A stretch of 64,000 bases of DNA from Negaprion brevirostris (lineage: Eukaryota): the NCBI GenBank assembly GCA_030324005.1, contig JARDVH010000193.1, positions 89,318,018-89,382,017 on the forward strand, read 5' to 3'. The position numbers and the translations under genes were made by a program. The notes under the pieces were generated by a model. It searched no databases and was not told the DNA's origin. It saw only the letters and a program-made list of their open reading frames with translations. Shown here piece by piece: positions 25,648-38,520 of the stretch; position 1 is the stretch's first letter; the number at the start of each line of letters is the position of its first letter.

Positions 25648-26429
25648 GATTTTTTTTGCTTAGTTATCAAATACTTCCATAGTTTGACAGTTACATTACC
25701 TTCTTCCATTTAATCAGGTCTAGCTACACTACACCAATTTCTTTGATTTTCAACATTTTTAATCTAGTTGCTCGCAATAAGAATACATAAGACAACTACA
25801 GCTGGATTGGCATTGTTAAATTGATAATGCTGCCCCTTAAACATAAGGGTGGAAAGAGAATGGTCATGGTTTGAGAACCCTGCCTGTCACTGCCAATATC
25901 TGGTTCCATCTTAGAAAAAGAGAAGGCATATGCCTCTCCTTACCTCAAGCTGTTTCCATAAAACCAATGTTATCATGAATCTCTGTTTGCTGTGTGCAGG
26001 TGGTTTTTTTGGTACTGGGCAGCCATACGTACACAAATTAAAAGAAAAATTGTGTGCATGCAGCCTGTTTATTCCTGCTGAGTTCCAACTGCTGGACAAT
26101 TGTGTGTTCACATAGCTTAGAGAAAACATTGCACAGACCCTCATAATATCCTTGTCACCTCCAGCTTTGTTTTATTTTGGCCAACTCCCATTTTCTAAGA
26201 ACTTCAACTCCTTCAAAATTCTGCTGTTTCCAACATCCCATCCTTTTCAACCTACATTCCATCAAATATCNNNNNNNNNNCACAACATTTAAAATCCTCC
26301 TCCTTGTATTTGAATGACTAACCATTTCCCAACTTTAATCCTCTCCAACCACCCCATACAAAAAGCAGAACAAATCCAATCCAATCCAGCCAATTAATAT
26401 CAACAGTCTACTCTCAATCATAAAAGGAT

Positions 26430-26960
26430 TGTCGACTGTTGTACCAAGCCTCAGTTGCTCACCAATGTTCAGTTTAAACTAAGCTTCCAATGTCACTATG
26501 GCTTTCCTTCACGCATGGACAAAAGAGTTGAAGTCCAGGGCAGGGCTGAGGATAATTACTATAGATAACAAAGCAACATCTGACTAAGTATGGCATCAAG
26601 GAATCCTGGTAAAACTAAAATCAATTGGAACATGGGGGCAAAACACTCATATGTACGGCTGGCACCATATCCAGCACAAAGGAAAGTAATTGTGGCTTTT
26701 GGAGGCCAATCATCTTAGCCCCAATTGTTTGCAGGAGTTCTTTAGTTGGATCTAGAATACTCTCCTGGCTTCAGTTGTTTCATCAATGATTTACCCTTTA
26801 TATTGCCTGAGGTGGGGATGTTTACTGATGATCACAGGGGTCAGTTCATTCACAATTTCAGATACTGAAGCAGTCCATGCATTACTTGGATAACATTCCG
26901 ACTTAGGCTGGTAAATGGCAGGTAAGAATAATGCTATATAAGTATCAGGCAGTGTAAATC
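26430..26960 (+). mobile_element. Decayed CR1/L2-clade RT fragment
   Basis: IDNKATSD*VWHQGILVKLKSIG, CFINDLP, MFTDD remnants of RT motifs. Confidence 0.7.
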
Positions 26961-29900
26961 TCATAGGAGAGCTTATAATCTTCTCATAGCAGCTAAGGCC
27001 TGTGATGCTGGTTGCAGTTCTCGAGTTTGACTGTGTAGTTCCCATGTGCCACTTGCATTGCTGGTTGGCATGTACTGCTAACTTAAGCAGCAACAACAGA
27101 CTTGTATGGTGATCTCTGGCCATCACTTAAAAAATATTCATGAGACATGGGTGATACTGCCATTGCAATATTTATTAGTCACTCCTAATTGCCCAAGTAA
27201 TAGTACTAGCTAATAAGCACAGATTCTAGATCCCCATTGAGTAATCAGCAGGACATTTGATCTCAGTTCAGAGCACCTACACAGCTGCTATCTCTCATGC
27301 ACTTTTCTTTTAAATCAAAGCCAAGGGCAATCTTCTCCAGTCTCCATTGAAAAGCTATACATCCTCATTCATTCTTTTCTAGATTACTCGTGGCCTGTGG
27401 ATTACCTGCTGCCAGATTCTCACAATACCATCTACTACCCAATGAAAGCATCTGGTATCATGCACAAGAGAATGACATGAAGGAAGTTCGATCAGAGCAA
27501 CGTTGTTCTATTCCCCGTTGTGTAAATGCTATCAGGTCCCCCCCTACATCTCAGTGCACTGGTGTACAAATTTCTCCTGTGAAAAGGCTGAGTAATTTAA
27601 GGATAGCTCAGTGTGCTTCTCAAATTGTTTAAGGCAGTAAACAGCATGTTAAGTAGACAGGAGAGATTTTAAAGGTTCCAAACTGTATAATGCCTGTTCA
27701 CAAATCTGAGACAGCTAGAATCATAAATTAGAATGAAGCTGCCTCATGAACCACTCGTATGTAGTTCTGAAAATGATAGAGGTCATGGTCATTACAGCCA
27801 TTTGTCACTTTCTTGGTTTTTTTTCCCCCCAGTGAAGGTCTTTCCTTCCATTACTGCATTTCAATTTTCCATACCTTTTTCCAAAGTCTTGCTCCTTCAA
27901 TTGAATGCAGCCTTGGATGACAGAATTTCACATGAGCCCACTATATCAAGTATCCAGCAACTCTGTTCACTGAGCAGCCCCTTTGAGTGTTCCAAAAATG
28001 TGTATTTTCCTTATACTGTGCCATTCATTTAAAATTACTAAATTTTTCATAAAAGTCAAACACTGCTTAGAATGGTGACACTTTCTGCAACACAGGAACA
28101 GGTCATTCCACACAATTAATCAAAGCAAACCATATGAACCAGTTGTGGGAGGCATTTTAATAGAATTCCACTTTAACAGAATTCTTTGATCTCCTACTTT
28201 GACACAAACATTGGACAAAAATTATATTTTACATTTACTCCTATCCAGAAAATATTATTCCTCACTTCTCATTGTGATGATGGGTATAACTCCTTTCCAG
28301 GTCTAAATGCAGCAGAACTAGTATTAAAATGGGGGTCTGCATCAGTTGTAAATATTTGAACATAGCTTGAAAATCCTCCATATTTCGAGTAACAATGGCA
28401 TTGATATTTTGCACCAGCAAAACATGACGTCTCCTGCTGGTTGCCTCAGCATCCACACTGAATTTCTGGGCCAGCATATGTCACGATTAACAATCACTGC
28501 AGGAGTGTAAACATACTTGTTTTGCCTCAGCATCCACATGTGGGGAAAGAAAAACAATTCAAAATTGGACAGTCACTCAGCAACTAAGAGCATTAGCAGG
28601 CAGGATGACCCTTCAGTACGGTTATTTTAAAGGCCTGTTGTGGATCCAATCTCAGTCAGTCCATAAAGGGGATGGAAAGGGACCTTGCCTTTTACTAAAA
28701 GAAAATTAAGGTCCGCAACTTCAGCATCAATTATTTCAATTAGTTAGAGGTGTTAAAACAAGGGTGGGGACTGTTGAAGAATTTTTAAAACATGATTTAT
28801 ATCTAAAGTGCATCATTCAGGAGCTCAATTATCCATGATTGGAAAACGTCAAGAATTGTTTTCTCAAAGCAAAGAAATTACAAGCAGAAAATGCTATACG
28901 CTCAGGTATAAATGATTTGAGGATCATGAAACTTGCAATTTAAAAAGCAGCAGTTTTAATACAGTTCAATTATAAAACTATTGACGCCATTATTCCAATT
29001 TGATCTTTAAGCATTGTCACACCTACTAGGATAACGTAATTCATGGTATAAGGTGAAACAATCGACTAACTTCTGATGGCTGAATGAGAAAATCAAGAAA
29101 TAATTTGTACAATTTTGTGCCCCGTCCATTAAACTATTTAATCCTATTCTTCCCCAGACTTTCATTTCATGCAGCTTTGGAGTCATTTATTCAGCAAGTT
29201 TGGATTATGAAAAAAGATAGATCAAAACAAAACTGTACACTTATGAACAGGCCAAATAAAATGAACATATTCCTAGTAGTGATTATTAACGAAGTTGGAA
29301 CTGCTACTGAACATTGAGAGAGGTTATTGTCAAGTTGTCACAAAATCAAGACAATTAAGGTTCTTCAAAAGGATTCATGACTGTGTAGCTCACCCTACCA
29401 CAATTGTTTGATATTTTTTAAAAAATGTGGGCCCCCAAGAAATCCTCCACCTCATGTATTAAATATAACTGACCCTTCCTGTTTTGGGTCACTACAAATA
29501 TCAAGGAATGATACTGGCTAAAAGTCAGACAGGAAGAGTAGTTCTTATTAAATAGAAGTGAGTCAATATCCAAAATGGTTTTTCAAGTAAATTAAATTGC
29601 AAGATTTGAACACTTGAGTTACTGGGATAGATGCTCTTGCCACTGAGAGCCTATAAACAGGAAATCTCAAATTGAACAGTTCAATATTGACCCAAAGTCC
29701 CTCAAAGGAATAAGGTTCAAAACATTTCAATTTTGAAATCACAATTTCAGACTGTCAATGCCATGAAGTTTGTATCCATCAGGAAGCATGTACGCAGATA
29801 GTACGCCATTTCCAAATGACATTCTATTACAGTTGGGAGTGACAGAGCGTGTTCAAGTGTGAAGTTTATGAAGCCCATGGACAATAGCCATCTCATATTA

Positions 29901-32900
29901 GAATAAGAAACTGCTGCAAGACAATGGAAACACACATGAAATAAATTACGGATAAGTACAAGAACTGTATTCATATACATCATTCTTATTTACAGTTAGA
30001 TACATTAATTTAATTGCAAAGGAATACATAAATGAAATAAAGGAATCATAAATTAACAGTCACTCAAAATATTGAAAAGGTGTAGAACAATTTCCTAAAA
30101 CAGTAATTTTCATTATAAACAATGAATACAAAATTTTTTTGCATTTAGTTACACATATTTTATTCAAACAGTAGGACACAATTTTACTTACAGAACCAAA
30201 AAGGTAAACCTGAGGTAAAAGGGCTTTTGAAGTCACACGGAATGATAAAAGGGAATGGGTAAACTTCCCTTTAGTGTTTGCGACACACAATAAAATACAT
30301 GAGCTAAACTTTTGGGACAGGTGCCTTTTGACATCTAGATGAGCAAATCTGTTCCTTGCTCTGCATTAGGCGAGTTTTGATTCCCTGACACTACCCCTTT
30401 AAGCAGATTCACAGATGCTCCCACTGGAATGTAAATGATATTTGCAAGCTATAGTTTAGTAAACTTTGCTAAAATATCTTGCATCTTTGAAACAGTGACC
30501 ATTGACACATGGCGATAACAGAAGACAGAAATAGAATTAGCAAATGGTCAAGATTCTGCTTTATTCACTATAACAGCATCAGGTGACTGTAGAACAGTCA
30601 TGGCACAAATTGAATGGCATATTGAGCATTCGTCATCAAGAATAAGTGTCCTTTAAACACCAACCCTACGTAGCAGAAGAATGTAATACTCTTGCCCTCT
30701 TTCCTTCCCTCCTTTCGACCTCCACTAGATCCTGCTAAGATACTAATTAATTAGCAACAATTACTATACATGGATTCTATACTACGTGGTTTAAGATTCA
30801 TTACATTTAAATGGAATTTTTTTTAAATGGTAATTATCCATTGTCCGACTTAGGTTTAAAGTCAGGCTTTTTAACATTTGCCTCTGATCAGAAATTTATA
30901 TCTTTACCTTAGTATGTGGTCTGGAATTAAGCTCAAGTAACAGCAGTGGAAAGATGGTGCTGAACGTCACACAATTGGCAATGTTAAGGTTTAGGTATTC
31001 CACAAGTACCAATTAAAAAACTATGAACTGGTCTCATAGCACGGGACTAAAAACTTGAAGCATCAGCAATTTCAATCACAAGTTTGTACCTTACATTCAA
31101 CTCAAAAATAATTGGTCTAAAATATTTAGTCACAAGAAATTGCAGATGCTAATTATATTGTACTTCATCTCAGTCACTCCAACACAACATTGCTCAATCA
31201 AATCTTGCATGGGTCTAAATATAACCAATTTGATACCAAATTATCCAATGATTGCATAAAATGGAAATAAAATGGAAACAAAATTGCTAAAAATATAGAC
31301 CCTCATTTCAGGCATGCACTGTCCTTTAAGACTAAGGAACTGAAAAGTTATTTTGCAAAGAAAGATTAAAGTCACTCCGAAGAGGCAAAATATTTGCTCT
31401 GACAAATCCTGGCCGAAAACTGGTTTCCTTCAAATCATTTTTGTTGTCTTAATTATACAATCTTAGGATTGTAACCATTCATGCCACCGTAAAGCTCTCC
31501 ACTCCCACAACAAAAATTACCCTCCTACAAAACAGAATTCTTCAAGTCCATCCCTGCATTTAGACAATTGAATTTATTTTTAAAGAAAATGTCCAAAATA
31601 CATTTTAAGGAAACTGTGCTCATTCACAAGACAACAAAACCATCAAATGTATAATAGTGGTTGGTGCAGTCTGACAATTTATGTTTCCATAATGCATACA
31701 CTTGCCATGAAAGGGTAACAGGCAAAGTGTCATGTTTTGTAAAACAAACACTGTTTTTATTTTCCCTTTTAGAAATGTGTTAATTCCCTTGATTTAACAG
31801 AAGTATTTTGTTCCTTCTGCACAGCATGAAAATGCTGTATTTCAAAAAGTAAACTCAGCCAGAGATTCTGCTTCCATTTTCTATTCATTTACCCCTGTCG
31901 GAAAGTACATGGGTGAGCACAGGAGGATCAATTCAGACCAAGTTGAGATGCCCTCCCTCCTCAAATAACCTGTACTTGCTTGTTGAGACTTGCAACTATA
32001 ATGGCCAATCAGGTAAGATACTGGAAGACTACAACACCTCCAAAACTACTTCAGTGGGAATCAATTTCCTCAAATAGTTACAATAAAACAAAATGGGTAG
32101 GGGGAGGGGAAGTTCTTAATCATTTAAACACTGAGCGCACACTTTGTGGACATATTCTAAATTCAGACTACTTGAGGAAAAAGCTGCTTCTGAAAAAATA
32201 TTTTCCACATCATGGATTCAAATTTTGTTCCACATTTTGCTCCCCATTGGTTTTAAATTAAATCCTCTACTGAGGTTCATTTAACAAAATTAAATTCACC
32301 TCAAAATCAGGTCTAAACACTGCTGGTCATAAATTAGCAAAACAAAATATTAAGGAATGAATGGTGCTTGGTGATAGTCAGCACTTGATTCTGAACATTA
32401 TATGACCACTGGATATTTAGTAAATTGCCTATTACGGAGCATTGTCAAGACATCTGAAGAAAGAACTTAGATTTATATAGCACCATTCACAGCTAAGAGA
32501 TTCCAAAGTGTTCTACTGTACTTAAGTCACTATAAGAAAAGATTAGCCAATTCCCATACGATAAAATTTCAGAAACAGCAACTTTGTAATGACAAGACAA
32601 CATGTAATAACTGTTTAGGATAAGGGATAAACATTAACAAGGACATCAAGAATATCACCCCTGCTCTTCTTCAAACAACACCACAGGATTATTTACATCC
32701 AACCAAGTGGGACTTTGAAAACATCTAATCAACACCAGCACTTCAGAGAATGCAGCTCTCCTTCAGTACTCCCCATACTAACATCTGAACCTGGTGGCAG
32801 TAATGTCTCCTCTGATCCTTCAAATGTGAATCATACCGGATATGAGTTTTTGCATTCTTGTATAATCTGAAACAAATCCTCACAAATTCCTTTGCCCCAT

Positions 32901-33089
32901 GAGCAGTGGCTGATAGAAATCTAGCTCCTCAGATGCAAACCATCTCCTCTGCCTCTGAATCCCAAGGTTATCAGAGACACCTCAAAACTCGGTCTGTTTG
33001 TCCTGATCTGTGGTCAGCATCAAAAGGGAGCATTCATCTGGTACAAGATGGCCAAGATACGTTTCCCTGCAAATTTGCCTCCTGGCTGC

Positions 33090-33245
33090 CTGTGAAGAGC
33101 AGCAGATGCTCTTCCCCAATGTCAGCCTTCAAAGAACTTTGTACCTGCCCAAGCATCCTGGATAGAAACTAAAGAGGTCAGCAGCAATATGTCACATCTG
33201 GGTGCAATGTAGAAAGAGGGTCATCCACTTCACAAAACCAAGGTG
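33090..33245 (+). pseudogene. Harbinger Myb/SANT-like DNA-binding protein remnant
   Basis: QMLFP..., ASWIETKEVSS..., WVQCRKRVIHFTKP followed by donor-like GTGAGT; resembles the W..QCRKR..DL trihelix motif. Confidence 0.6.
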
Positions 33246-34681
33246 AGTATGGTGTCGTTAGAACAATGCTTGTTGCCTTCATGGCAACCATAGTGTATCT
33301 GAATGAGGGGAGAGAATGGAGGGGAAAGAGAGTGACAGGTGACAAAGAAAGAAGTGCAAGACCCTGCAGTAGGTGCATCACAAGGTTTAGATACACGCAG
33401 GACAGAAGTTATAGATTCCCACTCCATCAATGTACAAGTACCATGAGAACAAAAGAGCAAATGGGACAACCAGGGGGTGATATTTCCTGTCAGAGAAATG
33501 CATGCTGACGTTGTCCAAAATGCAGACTCGCCCTTCCCTTCAGGCACACAAGATCCCAACACCTGCAGAGGTGCCTGGGCATTCATGGATGGTGAAACAG
33601 GAGAGACAATGAAGCAGGAGTGTAGTGAGGACAGAAAGAGTAAAACTCAATTAAGGTTTCAAACACTGTAGGTCAATAGAAGAGGGTTGGCAGAGGGATT
33701 GTGAATAACTTGAACTTAATTGTGTTGCCCAGTGCAGGTCTTCACTTTCTATAGGAACAACCTGCTGTACTGTCCATGTGGTCAACGTCTGAGAAGGGGA
33801 TTGAAGACTCAATGGGTGCATTGCCACATCCTNNNNNNNNNNNNNNNNNNNNNNNNNNNNNNNNNNNNNNNNNNNNNNNNNNNNNNNNNNNNNNNNNNNN
33901 NNNNNNNNNNNNNNNNNNNNNNNNNNNNNNNNNNNNNNNNNNNNNNNNNNNNNNNNNNNNNNNNNNNNNNNNNNNNNNNNNNNNNNNNNNNNNNNNNNNN
34001 NNNNNNNNNNNNNNNNNNNNNNNNNNNNNNNNNNNNNNNNNNNNNNNNNNNNNNNNNNNNNNNNNNNNNNNNNNNNNNNNNNNNNNNNNNNNNNNNNNNN
34101 NNNNNNNNNNNNNNNNNNNNNNNNNNNNNNNNNNNNNNNNNNNNNNNNNNNNNNNNNNNNNNNNNNNNNNNNNNNNNNNNNNNNNNNNNNNNNNNNNNNN
34201 NNNNNNNNNNNNNNNNCCTTCATCACTCTACAAGCACTGACACAGTTACTTTGGTGAATATGTGATCATGGTTAGAATTGAGGTCACAACAGTTTGTACA
34301 GCACAATATATGTCAGAGCATCTGATAGAGGCTGCAACATCTCAGGGGCCAGAGGGGGTTGGGTGGCGGTGGTGTTGGTATACAGCCTCTCTGACAGTGA
34401 CTCCAGTTGTGAATTCGCCTGCACAAAAGCCCCTTGGTATTCTGGGTCTTCATGTCTTGGTAAACAAGAGGACAGCCATCAGGGTCATCTCAGGCAACAG
34501 GGTATAGCACCCAGCAGTCTGCCTGCACTTCAACTGCAGACATTATTGTTTCATCATGTACAAGATCAGAAACATAAAAAGCACCTGGCTGCACTAGGGC
34601 AGCACAGGTATTCAAACTTTGTGACTGTATGTGACTATATAGTCTTGTTTACTTTATTCATGTATTGGGTGGTCTGATTAT

Positions 34682-34996
34682 CAAGTCCCTACAGTGCAGA
34701 AAGAGGCCATTTTGCTCATCGGGTTTCCAACAGAGCTTCTTACCCAGGTCCTATTTCCATAACCTCACATTTACCCTGCTAAGTCCCCTAACCTATACAT
34801 CTTGAGGCACTAAGGGGCAATTTAGAATGGCTAATCCACTTAACCTGTACATCTCTGGGCTGAGGGAAAACTGGAGTACCTGAGGAAATCCACGTAGACA
34901 CAGGGAGAACATGCAAATTCCACACAGTCACCCAAGGCCGGAATTGAGCCTGGGTCCCTGGCACTGAGGCAGTGCTAACCATTGTGCCACCGTGCC
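34682..34996 (-). mobile_element. HE1-type SINE nested in the Harbinger element
   Basis: Reverse complement GGCACGGTGGCACAATGGTTAGCACTGCCTCAGTGCCAGGGACCCAGG...TTCTGCACTGTAGGGAC. Confidence 0.88.
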
Positions 34997-35199
34997 AGCA
35001 TTGACCTGGCAAGCATCGAGCACCTGCATAACACCTAACAAATCTGTATTGTGTAGATGAAGTGTTAACCTCTGATTGGGAGGACAAGCATGGGGTGCTG
35101 AGTTGACAAACAATATGAATTCCCCTCAAAGGGAGATGGAAAGGTCCCATGGGTGTAAGTCTAAAGCATAGAGCTCTATAAAGTCATCATATGCCTGCA

Positions 35200-36200
35200 G
35201 AAGCTGATGTAAATGAGGGACTCCCACATCTATCCAACACCTTACTTGGTGCAGCAGATTCAGCCTGCCGACCTGCCTGCTCTGATCCATCCTCGTTGTT
35301 ACAGAGTATGATTTCTCTCAGTCAGAAGTCAGTAACATCTCCCCTGTCTGACAGCTTGTCACACAACAGGTAATTCTCAAGACCCCTGAAGCACAAATCA
35401 GAGCTCTGCCAGGATAATTAAAAAGCAGAACCTCATTTTCATCATGTGGAGATGCGGGCGTTGGACTGGGATGGATATGGTGAGAAGTCTCAACGGATTT
35501 ATTTGGAATCACAAAAGCTTTCAGAGCATTGCTCCTTCATCAGGTGAGCTAATTTTCAACAAGCTGATTACTCAACTGTCACCCTCTTGATCAGACAATG
35601 GAATTTATTATAAATGCTCCCTGGCTGGAGTTCAAGGGTGCCTCATCAGGTGTCATCAACCATGTCTTGAGCAGATAACCCCCATCACCCAGAATCCTTC
35701 TGTGCAGTGGCAAGCATCATGAGCGCTCCTAATGAACCAAACGCACATCTTTGTGTTGTGTTACACTCCACTTGAACATTAATGGAGTGCAAGTCTTTTG
35801 TGTTGATGAGTTCTGATCACCACATGCACGCAAATTGATAACCCCTTGCACTCATGCAACCTGAAATGGCCCTGGAGCCCGCAGATTTTTCAGCCGGGCT
35901 CTCTTGGTCCATTCTCTATTGCACACAGTCTCTTTGTTGCTTTAAGCAGGGCTTTTACTATTTCTTTGATGCAGCAATAGACAGCCACTTGGGAGATGCC
36001 ACACATGCCCCCAGTAGAACCACTAGTTTAGAAGTTCAATGCCATCATGACTTTCAAAGCCCCAAGTCCTGGGGTCATAGATCATCCTGCAGCAGAGAAC
36101 ATGGGTCAGTGGCAGTCACCAAGGCATCTGCAATTGTTGCTGTAGCTGTCTCGAGGTAGTGGAGGTGAGACCTATATACTCTGGGACGTGGCAATGATTT
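35200..36200 (-). pseudogene. Harbinger (HARBI1-like) DDE transposase remnant
   Basis: Minus strand: PRVYRSHLHYL..., ALKVMMALNF*TSGSTGGMCGISQVAVYCCIKEIVKALL, INTKDLHSINVQVEC, GAHDA, ILGDGGYLLKTWLMTP. Confidence 0.85.
35441..35550 (-). mobile_element. Solo Penelope-type terminal repeat with hammerhead motif
   Basis: Minus strand TCAC-CTGATGA-AGGAGC-AAT-GCTCT-GAAA-GCTT...CCAAATAAATCCGTTG...CCCAGTCCAACGCCCGCATCTCCACATGATG. Confidence 0.75.
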
Positions 36201-37269
36201 GCCTAGCTTCCGGTTGGCTCCTTTTCGATCATACTCAGCCTTTGCAACACCTGCATGCTGTGCCCCTAGATGGCCTTCTGCTATTTGCACATTTGGACCA
36301 GTTCCAGCTTTCTTCTATCTATGACTCCAGTAACACTGGGTGGATGAGAAAAAGGATGGCTCCAAAAAACGATCCAGGTTCACTGCCCTTCGGGACACAC
36401 CTAGAGCCTGTGCATAAAGTCACAAAGATCCTGCAGTCAATTAGACCTGCCCTTGCCCTCCAAGAGCACCCTCGACTTCTCCACTGTGACCTTGTCCTCC
36501 TCCAAGAAGAATCAGACTTCTCTTCTGTCTTTTGAAGAATATGGCCAAGTTGAGGTCAGCCCCAAGTAGCTCAACCTTCCTCCCACAGGCCGACTTCCCT
36601 GCTTGTTGCCAGCTTTAACTAGTCAGGAAACAGAAGGCCATTCTGTGCATCACACTAATTCCAAAACCACTAAAATTTCCATGTTGGAGAGACTATGCCA
36701 AGCCATATCAGAGTTATTACTTCCTCCCCGCTACTGGGATAATTCTAGGACTTTGCATTAAACTAGCACATAGCATACCCAATGCTTATTTACAATAATG
36801 CACATCCTCAAATAAACTGGAATTTTGCTAGTGAATGCAACAGGTGACTACAACTGATTACATTTCCAAGATACTTCATTGACTGACATGAAAAGGTGCT
36901 CCACAAATCAAGCCCTTTCTTTTCAATACATATCTGGAACTTCAAAACAAATATATTAAATAGACTCAAAGTCTTTGAGTGCATTTCTTCAAACACAATA
37001 CACATGCCCAAGCATTGTCAATTCTAACTATAGTTATAACGCAGTCCTGAATTTTAAAGAAATTAGGAAAAAAATCAGATACAAGCTATTATAAATTCCT
37101 TGAACTGAGAGTTTACCATAATTTTTATGAAGGACACAATCAATTTAAAGAGAATATTGGAATGTGTTTGAACTTGATTTTAAAAAAACGCTAAAAAAAA
37201 TCACTTATCGTTTTAACACTGTTCCTGCCTATATTTCAGATAAATTCTACTTTTCCCTATAAGGCTCAC

Positions 37270-37275
37270 TTTATT
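37270..37275 (-). promoter_or_regulatory. Candidate distal ZDHHC9 polyadenylation signal
   Basis: Minus strand TGTAAATAAA at the end of an AT-rich, repeat-poor ~6.4 kb stretch after the ZDHHC9 stop. Confidence 0.35.
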
Positions 37276-38039
37276 TACAGGATACATCTGCAATACTGTA
37301 CCAATAACATTTTGCAACAATACTATTTAAATGACATTAACATTTCAGAATATTGAGCAACAAGGATAGGACAGACTGGTATTAAAATGCAGTCAAGATC
37401 TGACGCACATGCGTGATCTGTCCAGTTTGTAAAATCTTTCTCAAACGCCACATCTCTCAGCACTCAAATACGAAACATAACTTTGAGGCATTGAAAAGCA
37501 TTAGCTGGAAAGGGTCAGCAGTGAATTGCAACAAGTAGTCTGCAAAGGTGGCTGAAGGAATTAAAATGCTGCAGAAGACCCCAAATTTCAGACATTCATA
37601 GCTGTGAAAACTAATTAAAGTTAACAGGCCGGTTGTCATCCAGGAAGGTGATAAAAATACAATTTGCATATTTAATTTAGTTACTCTGATCTCCTTACAC
37701 TGAAGGTTGACAACAATTTGAAAAATGGCTAATGAATAAATCTGCATTTGTTTGTATAATCTCATGCAAAGCAAAGTGCAGCAAGTGTCGAGTTTTGCGG
37801 AGAGCTTTGTGCTGATTATAAATCCCATCATTGTGCAGGTACTAAACTATCAAATTGGTACCGAGTAGAATCGGATCAGTCTCAGTAAGTGACTCCAATC
37901 CTGTTCCTCATCCTCTCTTGCCCCAAATGCAAGCACTTAGTGACATTTCAGATTGCACCGGAGCGAGGCGACTTCTTGCAAGCTGAGTCCAGCGTACCTT
38001 CTATCTTTTACACTCGTTCTCTGCTGCCATCAGATTTTT

Positions 38040-38210
38040 GAATGGACCTATCTTGCATTGTTCCTTCTCTACACCTTAGCTATGACTGCAACACTACATT
38101 CTGCCCTCATGTTTCTTTCTCTATGAACAGTATGCTTTGTCCATATAGTGCACAAGAAACAATACTTTTACTGTATGCTAACATATGACAATAATAAATC
38201 AAATCAAATG
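38040..38210 (+). mobile_element. LINE 3' tail (same family as 8755-9225)
   Basis: CTAGCTATGACTG-like core, ...ACAATACTTTTACTGTAT...AATAAATCAAATCAAAT tail. Confidence 0.65.
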
Positions 38211-38334
38211 CTCTAAAATTCATAGTCTGACATCTGAAGTTTATTCCTTTACACGCAAAAGTTCTGGGAGTACTAACTGAGTGACAGAAAAACGTCAGTT
38301 TGTTCTGTAGGGCCCTCCATCGAGAAACTCTCCT

Positions 38335-38520
38335 GTAGAATCATACAATGCAGAAGAGGCCCTTCGGGCCATCAGATCCGCACCAACACATAAGAAACAC
38401 CTGAACTTCCACCTAATCCCACCTGCCAGCACTTGGTCCATAGCTCTGAATGTTATGTGCTCATCCAGATACTTTGTAAAGTATGTGAGGCAACACATCT
38501 CCACCATCCTCCCAGGCAGC
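38335..38520 (-). mobile_element. CR1-type LINE 3' end
   Basis: Minus strand LPGRMVE...FTKYLDEH then ...GGCCCGAAGGGCCTCTTCTGCATTGTATGATTCTA tail. Confidence 0.75.

Larger units (their letters stand above)
32850..36600. mobile_element. Decayed autonomous-type PIF/Harbinger transposon (Myb/SANT gene on +, transposase on -), boundaries approximate
   Basis: Two convergent pseudo-ORFs listed below, GC content higher than the flanks, with nested SINE and Penelope pLTR insertions. Confidence 0.7.

Noticed and set aside
35200-36200. Functional HARBI1 host gene
   Set aside because: In-frame stops, frameshifts and a nested repeat show it is a decayed transposon.
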